From Candidatus Brocadia sp. (GTDB taxonomy: Bacteria > Planctomycetota > Brocadiia > Brocadiales > Brocadiaceae): a stretch of DNA of 32,000 bases. This document shows, one piece after another, positions 25,051 through 32,000 of this stretch (positions within the stretch are counted from its first letter, which is position 1; each line of letters opens with the position of its first letter). The stretch covers positions 2,280,001-2,312,000 of the forward strand of contig CP091279.1 of NCBI GenBank assembly GCA_021650915.1, given 5' to 3'. The notes beneath the pieces were generated by a model. That model had not been told where the DNA came from. It searched no databases and saw nothing but the letters and a program-made list of their open reading frames with translations. The position numbers and the translations under genes are program-made.

Positions 25051-26961
25051 ATGGCCGAAGACATAAAACAGGGAGAAAGTTTTGAGTTTCAGGCAGAGAT
25101 TAAAAAATTATTAAACATCCTTTCCCATTCTCTTTACACCCATAAAGAGGTCTTTCTCAGGGAGCTTATCTCAAATGCCTCCGATGCGCTGACCAAGATG
25201 CGCTATTACTCCCTCTCAAATCCGGATTACGAGGGAAAGGACCTTCCTCTGGAAATTCATATCGACGTGGATGAAAAAAACAAGATCTTAACGATCAGCG
25301 ATACCGGTATCGGCATGACAAGGGACGAAGTGGTTCAGAATGTAGGGACTATTGCAAAATCAGGGTCGCTGGAATTTATCGCGAACCTGTCAGAGCAGGC
25401 CAGGAAGGACTCAAATATCATTGGTCAATTTGGTGTGGGTTTCTACTCGGTGTTCATGGTTGCCGATGAGGTCAGGATCAGGACGCGTTCGTACAACAAG
25501 GACGAACCGGCATGCGAATGGCATTCAGATGGTACGGGAAAATATTTTTTGAATCCCGTTGAGAAAGAAAAGCGAGGTACGGATATTGTCGTTCATCTCA
25601 AGGAAGACGAAAAGGAATATACCGATAAGTCCAGGATCCAGTCGATTATCAAGAAATATTCAAATTTTGTCAGCTTCCCAATTATGGTCTGTGGCGAAAG
25701 GGCCAACCAGATTACGGCCATCTGGAAGGAACCCAAAAAGAATATCACCGATGAGCAATACAACGAATTTTACAAGTTTATTTCAAACACGGAGGACACC
25801 CCGCTCTTCCGGCTGCATACCTCCGCGGAGGCCCCGATCCAGTTCTCCAGCATATTGTACTGTCCATCGATGAATTACGAGACGTACGGCTTTAAAAAAC
25901 TGGAACATGGACTACAGCTCTATTCCAACAAGATTCTGATTCAGTCCGATTGCAAGATGCTCTTGCCGGAATATCTGAGATTCATTCGCGGCGTGGTAGA
26001 CTCGGCGGATATTCCCTTAAATATTTCACGCGAAACCTTCCAGGACAACAGGATGATCCAGAAGATGAAGGGCATCCTTGTGAAGCAGATCATAACCCTG
26101 TTGCAGGAGTTGGACAAAAACGAGAAGGAAAAATACGAAACTTTTTGGAGACAATTTGGAAGGATTCTCAAGGAAGGCGTACACTTTGATTTCGAGAATC
26201 GCGACCCGCTGGCGCAACTGCTGAGGTTCAATTCCTCCCAATGCGCAGATGCCAGCGGCCTGGTCTCTCTGAAGGAATACGTGGGCAGGATGAAGCCTGA
26301 GCAGAAAGAGATTTATTATATAACGGCGGTGAATCGGGACACGATTGAAAAGAGCCCCTATCTGGAAATATTCCGCAAAAAAGAGGTAGAAGTGCTCTAT
26401 TTAACCGACCCAAATGATGAATTCATCCTTTCTGGTCTTCACGAGTTTGAGCAAAAACCCATTCGTTCCGCCGACCAGGCGAATCTGGATTTACTTAAGG
26501 ACGGCGACAAGAAGATTGTGGACGTCTCTGAAGAACCCCAAAATTATGAGGAAATATTCAAACACCTCCTGAAAACGGTGAAGGTAACCCTGGCGGACCG
26601 GGTCATGGACGTCAAGGAATCGAGCCGTCTGGTCGACAGCCCCTGTTGTCTCGTAAACCCCGATGGCGTACCCAGCGTCCACGTCCAGAAACTGATACAA
26701 ATGATGGACAGCAATTATAAGATATCCAAGAAGATTATGGAGATTAACCGCAAGAACCGGATGATCCAAAACCTGTCCCGGATGAACGAGAATCCCAGTT
26801 GCCAGCCGCTCATTGAAAAGATCGTACACCAGCTCTTTGAGAATGCATTGATGCAGGATGGGGTTGTCTTTGATCCCACATCCATGGTGCCGCGGCTGAA
26901 CGAACTTATGGAGGAACTGACAAAGGCCGTGCTTGGCGAGGGAAAGAAGATTATTATTTAG
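25051..26961 (+). CDS. htpG: Molecular chaperone HtpG (Hsp90)
   Basis: 636 aa with FQAEIKKLLxxxxHSLY, ELISNASDA, GQFGVGFYS and IPLNISRE. AGGAG lies 6 nt upstream. Confidence 0.97.
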   Translation: MAEDIKQGESFEFQAEIKKLLNILSHSLYTHKEVFLRELISNASDALTKMRYYSLSNPDYEGKDLPLEIHIDVDEKNKILTISDTGIGMTRDEVVQNVGTIAKSGSLEFIANLSEQARKDSNIIGQFGVGFYSVFMVADEVRIRTRSYNKDEPACEWHSDGTGKYFLNPVEKEKRGTDIVVHLKEDEKEYTDKSRIQSIIKKYSNFVSFPIMVCGERANQITAIWKEPKKNITDEQYNEFYKFISNTEDTPLFRLHTSAEAPIQFSSILYCPSMNYETYGFKKLEHGLQLYSNKILIQSDCKMLLPEYLRFIRGVVDSADIPLNISRETFQDNRMIQKMKGILVKQIITLLQELDKNEKEKYETFWRQFGRILKEGVHFDFENRDPLAQLLRFNSSQCADASGLVSLKEYVGRMKPEQKEIYYITAVNRDTIEKSPYLEIFRKKEVEVLYLTDPNDEFILSGLHEFEQKPIRSADQANLDLLKDGDKKIVDVSEEPQNYEEIFKHLLKTVKVTLADRVMDVKESSRLVDSPCCLVNPDGVPSVHVQKLIQMMDSNYKISKKIMEINRKNRMIQNLSRMNENPSCQPLIEKIVHQLFENALMQDGVVFDPTSMVPRLNELMEELTKAVLGEGKKIII

Positions 26962-27012
26962 TATCTTGATTGTATAGGAATTTTCATTTTATTTAAGCGG
27001 ATTTTTGGGTGG

Positions 27013-27036
27013 CATGGACAAACTTGTTTGTCCGTG
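27013..27036 (+). terminator. Hairpin downstream of htpG (weak T tract)
   Basis: CATGGACAAAC-tt-GTTTGTCCGTG forms an 11-bp stem including one G-U pair, followed only by TTT. It resembles a diverged member of the CATG-ACAC hairpin family. Confidence 0.4.
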
Positions 27037-27083
27037 TTTAACTTGAGAAATACATCGTTTTGATTTTTCAGGGAGAATTTTGA

Positions 27084-27662
27084 ATGTGTTTTTTGCGCTT
27101 TTGTGCGGTAGTTATTGGCCTAATTATATTCGTCCCTTTTTTAGCCTGCTACGGAACTCCCGGCTATCCGGGCATTCCCACTGCCAGGGCCGCAGATAAG
27201 CTTGATTCGAATACTTCGTCCAATCATCGCTTTACGGATAATAGTGACGGCACCGTAACGGATAACCTTACCGGATTGATATGGCTGCAGAATGCCAATG
27301 TCGCTGGAGCGAGAAACTGGACAGATGCCCTGGCCGACGTGGAGAACCTGAATAGAGACGGGACGATGCATGGAACTTCTGCTGGTGATAAGAGCAAGGG
27401 TGGTGGTCACCAAAATGACTGGCGTTTGCCGAATAGGAGCGAATTGTCAGGTTTGACTGATTCAAGTAACAATAATCCCGCACTGCCATCGGGCTACGCC
27501 AGATTCTTCAGCGGTGTGCAGTCGGATAGCTACTGGTCGGGTGACACCCTCAAGGGAGGGATAGCTTATGCATGGGTCGTGAATCTGAGCGACCACGGCA
27601 TCATGGACACAGCCAATAAGATTGAAACGTGCTATGTATGGCCTGTTCGTGCAGGAAAATAA
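27084..27662 (+). CDS. Secreted DUF1566 (Lcl C-terminal-like) domain protein
   Basis: 192 aa with a hydrophobic N-terminal signal. DGTVTDNLTGLIWLQ...W.DAL...DWRLPNRSEL...YWS matches the DUF1566 pattern. GGGAGA RBS is present. Confidence 0.8.
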   Translation: MCFLRFCAVVIGLIIFVPFLACYGTPGYPGIPTARAADKLDSNTSSNHRFTDNSDGTVTDNLTGLIWLQNANVAGARNWTDALADVENLNRDGTMHGTSAGDKSKGGGHQNDWRLPNRSELSGLTDSSNNNPALPSGYARFFSGVQSDSYWSGDTLKGGIAYAWVVNLSDHGIMDTANKIETCYVWPVRAGK

Positions 27663-27723
27663 TCACGAACTATTTCTTCCGGCCAGACAGCAAAAATAAG
27701 AAGGCCGTTGCGCGAAGACAATC

Positions 27724-29229
27724 TTAAAAATGGTACATTTCTCCATATTTACCCTTCAGGTAAGCAATGAAAGAATCTGTTTTCAGGGATGCGCCGGTGA
27801 TTTTCTTTGCTAATTCATCCAGCGTAAATTTACGGCCATGGGTATGCAGATGGGTGCGAAGCCAATCAAGCAGCCCATGAAATTCACCTTGCTCAAAGCG
27901 TTTGTCAAGATCGGGGATGTCTCTTTTGATCGTATCGAATAATTGTGCGGCAAAGATATTGCCGAGCGAATACGTTGGAAAGTAACCAAAGCTGCCATGC
28001 GACCAGTGAACATCCTGCAGGACGCCCAGCGCATCGTTTGGCGGCGCGATGCCAAGATATTCCTGCATTTTTTTGTTCCATGCCTCAGGCAGGTCGTTTA
28101 CTGGCAGACGTTCTTCGAGCAGGGCGTTTTCCAACTCAAAACGCATCATGATGTGCAGGTTATAGGTAATCTCATCCGCCTCGACGCGAATGAAAGAAGG
28201 TTCCACCCGGTTTACCCCGCAGTACATCTTTTCAACGGTTACCTTTCTGAACTGTTCAGGAAAAGCGGTCTGTAAGCGCGGCATGAAAAATTTCCAAAAA
28301 GGCCTGCTGCGTCCGACAAGATTTTCCCAGAGCCGCGATTGCGATTCATGAGCGCCGAGGGATGCGCCGTCCGCAAGCGGTGTCTGTTCGAGCTCGGGAC
28401 GGATTCCTTGGTTGTAGAGCGCATGCCCAACTTCATGCAGGGTTGCAAAAAAGGCGGCGGGAAAATAATCATGCAGAATGCGCGTGGTTATCCGCACGTC
28501 GTCCACGGAAAAAGACGTCGTGAATGGATGCGGTGAACGATCCTGGCGTCCGCGTTCAAAATCATAGCCCGTTAACCGTGCTGCTTCAATGCCAATATCC
28601 CACTGTGCCTGCTCATCAAACACCTGATGTAAAAAGGCGTTGTCCACGAGGTGCAATTTTGCTGAAATCGTCTGAACAAGCGGCACCAGTTCCCGTTTGA
28701 TTGTTTGAAAAATCGTTTTTACCTGGCTCGTTTTCATACCGGGTTCATATTCATCAAGCAGCGGGTCGTAGATACAATCCGTGTATCCAAGGCACCTGGC
28801 GTAATGTTTTTTCAGGTCAAGATTCCTTTGAAGATACGGTGCAAAGTCGGAGAATCGCGACTCATTCCTTGCCTTTCTCCAGGCTTCAAAGGCATGAGCG
28901 CTGGCATGGACAATCTCCGATACCAACGAAGACGGCACCCGGCGCGCCTTATCGTAGTCACGTTTCGTTACCCGGATAAGGCTTGCATCATCAGAATCAT
29001 ACGGCAGCCCCCCGGCATATTCATGCAGTTCACCGAGAAGGCGGCCAATGGCATCATCAATAAATTTTTCATGGGCAATATGGCTTAAGGTCGCAAGCTG
29101 CCTGGCGCGCGCCGCGGCACCACCGGAAGGCATATAGGTTTGTTGATCCCATCCGAGTACCGCCACCGCATGATTGATATCGTTTATTTCAGACAGACGC
29201 TTCTTCAAGTCATTGAGATTCTCTTGCAT
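27724..29229 (-). CDS. M32 (Taq-type) metallocarboxypeptidase
   Basis: 501 aa with the motifs HPF, DVRITTR, HEVGHALY (HExxH), HESQS, IRVEADE and GVLQDVHWS. GGAGGG RBS is present. Confidence 0.93.
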   Translation of the reverse strand: MQENLNDLKKRLSEINDINHAVAVLGWDQQTYMPSGGAAARARQLATLSHIAHEKFIDDAIGRLLGELHEYAGGLPYDSDDASLIRVTKRDYDKARRVPSSLVSEIVHASAHAFEAWRKARNESRFSDFAPYLQRNLDLKKHYARCLGYTDCIYDPLLDEYEPGMKTSQVKTIFQTIKRELVPLVQTISAKLHLVDNAFLHQVFDEQAQWDIGIEAARLTGYDFERGRQDRSPHPFTTSFSVDDVRITTRILHDYFPAAFFATLHEVGHALYNQGIRPELEQTPLADGASLGAHESQSRLWENLVGRSRPFWKFFMPRLQTAFPEQFRKVTVEKMYCGVNRVEPSFIRVEADEITYNLHIMMRFELENALLEERLPVNDLPEAWNKKMQEYLGIAPPNDALGVLQDVHWSHGSFGYFPTYSLGNIFAAQLFDTIKRDIPDLDKRFEQGEFHGLLDWLRTHLHTHGRKFTLDELAKKITGASLKTDSFIAYLKGKYGEMYHF

Positions 29230-29389
29230 ATGCCCTCCGGATATGTTACAAGTTCAGGGTAGTTACCGCTTCTCAGTGTCTTCAGAGATACATTTTTACA
29301 TTTTCGGTAAAAATATTTTTTATGAATAAGAAAAGTAATCATGCAAAGCCACAAAGAACCATATAAGAAAATAGCTAATAATGAACAAG

Positions 29390-29467
29390 GAATAATGAAT
29401 GTCGAAGGATAAGAAAACTTCATAATTCGAAATTCCATGTTCGACATTCATTATTCGTTTTTTTATG
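29390..29467 (+). repeat. Perfect 17-bp inverted repeat followed by a T7 run
   Basis: GAATAATGAATGTCGAA (29390-29406) / TTCGACATTCATTATTC (29440-29456), then GTTTTTTTAT. It lies in the AT-rich divergent region between the M32 gene and alr. Confidence 0.6.
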
Positions 29468-29655
29468 TATTTCGTAATGTGTCTTAGCGGCTTTGTGTGA
29501 GAAAACAAAAAGACTTCCTTTTCCAACCCGTTCGGGTCAGGATAAGAAAAAATAAAAATTGCCGGTACTATTCAATCATATAAGGATCAATAGTGCAAGG
29601 GGAGAGCAAACATCTCGGATCTTTTTGCAAAGTTTTTTAGAATAGTAAGATCATT

Positions 29656-30822
29656 ATGCACAGACCAACATGGGTTGAAATTGACCTGCATGCCTTACGG
29701 CATAATTTACTTGCCATACAAAGGAAGGTTGGTCCGCAGATCAAAATCATGGGTATTGTCAAGGCCGATGCCTATGGTCATGGGGATTACGAGGTAAGCA
29801 GGATTTTGTTAAAGCACGGGGTTGCAATGCTGGGGATCGCTATTCTTGAAGAGGCCATTCAATTACGGGATAAAGGCATACAAGCGCCGTTATTCCTTTT
29901 TGGAGGGATCTTTGAAGAACAAATTGATGACGTTATTCACTATAACGTAACCCCTTCCGTTTATGATTTGAAGCTTGCCGGAGTTTTATCGAAAAGGGCG
30001 CAGTATTTTCACAAGACCGTAAGCGTCCATGTTTACGTGGATACCGGCATGGGTAGTATTGGTGTGCGACACGACAAGGCTGTAGCGTTTGTGAAGTCTT
30101 TGCAAGAGATGAAAAATCTCTCCGTTGACGGAATCTATACCCATTGCTCTTGTTCAGACGAGAAGGAATCGGCGTATACCAATCTGCAAATCAGCAGGTT
30201 CAGGGACGTGCTGGCGCGTCTGGAGGTGGCCAAGATACCTATTCCGTTAAGGCATATGGCGAATAGCGGGGCCATTATCGGGTACCCGGATGCGTATTTT
30301 GCCATGGTCAGGCCTGGTCTTTCGTTATACGGACTCTATCCTTCAGATGGGGTATCAAGGGACATCGGAATAAGGCCGGTCATGTGTCTCAAGACGCGCA
30401 TTATTCATATCAAGGAGTTTGAGCCAGGCGATGTTGTTGGATATGGCAGGGCACATGTGGTCACGAAACGCACGAGCGTCGCAACCCTTCCCTTTGGATA
30501 TAACGACGGATATAACCGGCTGCTCTCTGGTCAGGGATTCGTTCTTATCCGGGGCATTAAGGCACCCATTATCGGACGGGTTTGTATGGACCAGTGTTTC
30601 GTGGATATAAGCCACATGCAGGGAGCAACCGTAGGAGACGAGGTTGTTGTGTATGGCCAGCAGGGACAGGAATCCATTTCCATAGAATCCGTTGCAAAAC
30701 AACTCAATACCATCCCGTATGAGGTTACGTGTAACGTGAGCAAACGCGTACCCAGGGTCTATATTGGAGATGAGGATGGAGTCAGGGCTACGTCAAGTAT
30801 AAGCGCAAGTACTGACACGTAA
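29656..30822 (+). CDS. alr: Alanine racemase
   Basis: 388 aa with the PLP-lysine motif VKADAYGHG, a typical N-terminus RPTWxEIDLxALxHN, and C-terminal MDQxxVD...YE. Confidence 0.95.
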   Translation: MHRPTWVEIDLHALRHNLLAIQRKVGPQIKIMGIVKADAYGHGDYEVSRILLKHGVAMLGIAILEEAIQLRDKGIQAPLFLFGGIFEEQIDDVIHYNVTPSVYDLKLAGVLSKRAQYFHKTVSVHVYVDTGMGSIGVRHDKAVAFVKSLQEMKNLSVDGIYTHCSCSDEKESAYTNLQISRFRDVLARLEVAKIPIPLRHMANSGAIIGYPDAYFAMVRPGLSLYGLYPSDGVSRDIGIRPVMCLKTRIIHIKEFEPGDVVGYGRAHVVTKRTSVATLPFGYNDGYNRLLSGQGFVLIRGIKAPIIGRVCMDQCFVDISHMQGATVGDEVVVYGQQGQESISIESVAKQLNTIPYEVTCNVSKRVPRVYIGDEDGVRATSSISASTDT

Positions 30823-30875
30823 AAAAGAAAAGGAATAAACTGGCTTTTTCAAAATGGTTCTTGTATAATAGTTTC

Positions 30876-32000
30876 ATGAACCATGAAGAGACACGAAAAA
30901 GCGTAGTACCATCGGGCGGTCTTCACGGCATTGAAGTAAGACCCATCCGTCGGGAAGAACGAACCCGATGGGACGAACTCATGCGCCAATACCATTATCT
31001 TGGGCTTCACTCTCTGATCGGGGAAAGCATCCGGTATCTGGCGATACACCAGGGACAATGGCTTGCCTTGATCGGATGGTCAGCAGCGGCGCTCAAATGC
31101 AAGGTACGAGACCGCTGGATAGGATGGCCTTGCTTTCTTCAGTACCGGCGGTTGTCTTTTGTTGCCAATAACAGTCGTTTCCTGATCTTCCCTCATGTCC
31201 GTATACCCAACCTTGCCTCTTATGTCCTCGCCCGGAATCTCAAACGATTATCCCGGGACTGGCAAACCATCTATAACCATCCGATCTATCTTGCAGAGAC
31301 CTTTGTCGATCCGCGCTCTTTCAAGGGCACCTGTTACAATGCCCAGGGCTGGGAGTTTCTGGGATATACCCGCGGGTTTGCAAAATGCGCTCACCGGTAT
31401 TATTTCCACAACCAACCCAAGATGGTCTTTGTTCGTCCTGTTCTTCCCGATGGGAAAAGAAAACTCTCTGAACCGTACCTCGAAACCCGAAACACCCCAA
31501 AGGAGGTAAAACCGATGCGCCTTTCTCTGAAAGATGCTGAATCACTGAAAGAACGATTATCCCAGATTCCTGATCCCCGTCTATCACGCGGCAAACGACA
31601 CAGAAAGCTCTCCGTCATGACCCTTTCTCTTTGTGCCCTGCTGTGTTCTGCCACAAGCTTTGCCGCTATCGCTGAGTGGGCAAAATCATGCAGTCAAAAT
31701 ATGCTCAAACGTCTCGGCTGTCGTCTGAACCCAAAGACCGGCATCTATGAACCTCCCAGCGAACCTACCATCCGCAGGTTCCTGCAAGACGTTGATGCCA
31801 AAGCGGTAGATACGGCCCTCTACGGCTGGCTTCAGTCCCTTGCCGGAGAAGATACTGCCCTTGCCATTGACGGGAAGACCCTCAAGGGCGCATACCAGGA
31901 AAACGGGCAGAAAATTCATCTCCTCTCTGCCTTTCTCCAGCAAAAAGGCGTCGTTATCGCCCAATGTCCCGTTGACCAGAAAACCAACGAAATCCCAACG
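30876..32000 (+). CDS. DUF4338 (DruA-like) domain fused in frame to an ISAs1-family transposase; 3' end lies outside the window
   Basis: This ORF is not in the supplied track because no stop occurs before the window end. My translation from ATG 30876 reads MNHEETRKSVVPSGGLHGIEVRPIRREERTRWDELMRQYHYLG...WIGW...VANNSRFLIF...PNLAS...ETFVD (DUF4338 pattern). It then reads IPDPRLSRGKRHRKLSV...AIAEW...PSEPTIRRFL...LAIDGKTLKG...DQKTNEIP (ISAs1 / DDE_Tnp_1-associated pattern). The frame is open for 375 codons. Confidence 0.8.
   Translation, partial: MNHEETRKSVVPSGGLHGIEVRPIRREERTRWDELMRQYHYLGLHSLIGESIRYLAIHQGQWLALIGWSAAALKCKVRDRWIGWPCFLQYRRLSFVANNSRFLIFPHVRIPNLASYVLARNLKRLSRDWQTIYNHPIYLAETFVDPRSFKGTCYNAQGWEFLGYTRGFAKCAHRYYFHNQPKMVFVRPVLPDGKRKLSEPYLETRNTPKEVKPMRLSLKDAESLKERLSQIPDPRLSRGKRHRKLSVMTLSLCALLCSATSFAAIAEWAKSCSQNMLKRLGCRLNPKTGIYEPPSEPTIRRFLQDVDAKAVDTALYGWLQSLAGEDTALAIDGKTLKGAYQENGQKIHLLSAFLQQKGVVIAQCPVDQKTNEIPT

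Noticed and set aside
29205-29526. Two overlapping minus-strand ORFs (80 aa and 68 aa) upstream of the M32 carboxypeptidase
   Set aside because: The region is AT-rich, the ORFs overlap each other and the inverted repeat, and neither has an RBS. The hydrophobic stretches are what AT-rich DNA yields by chance. A small membrane protein cannot be fully excluded.
30849-31964. Short ORFs listed in the track on both strands (30849-31058-, 30968-31171+, 31195-31509+, 31321-31587-, 31400-31654-, 31686-31964-)
   Set aside because: All lie inside the long open DUF4338-ISAs1 frame that the track omits, so they are shadow frames.

Overview
All calls come from reading the sequence and recalling protein families; no searches were run. 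The window has four parts. (1) A minus-strand Wood-Ljungdahl carbonyl-branch cluster of about 12.5 kb (1449-13923): cooC, acsA (CODH), acsB (ACS), an embedded atypical clpP, acsC, acsV/RACo, a second cooC (acsF-like), a 354-bp structured spacer, acsD and acsE. A repeat-derived terminator and an MBL-fold hydrolase gene follow it. (2) A plus-strand accessory block (about 14.0-22.0 kb). A candidate c-di-GMP-I (GEMM-I) riboswitch with its own intrinsic terminator precedes a 1278-aa secreted Ig-like/LamG/beta-propeller/PKD protein. Next comes a 934-aa secreted protein with about 13-14 tandem ~45-aa YATNxSGSW repeats, a Pro/Thr linker and a LamG module paralogous to one in its neighbour. This riboswitch-led pair is my best candidate for an undescribed system. 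(3) An IS graveyard (22.2-24.7 kb): an ISL3 transposase remnant with a frameshift and a deleted DDE core, abutted by an apparently intact IS1634-like element with about 30-bp terminal inverted repeats and a possible TAATT duplication. (4) Housekeeping genes htpG, a DUF1566-like secreted protein, an M32 carboxypeptidase and alr. After these a long ORF runs off the window end and is missing from the ORF track. It fuses a DUF4338 (DruA-like) domain to an ISAs1-type transposase. Several small hairpin-repeat families are scattered through the intergenic regions. The host is probably an anaerobe using the reductive acetyl-CoA pathway. An anammox planctomycete is a guess I cannot verify.
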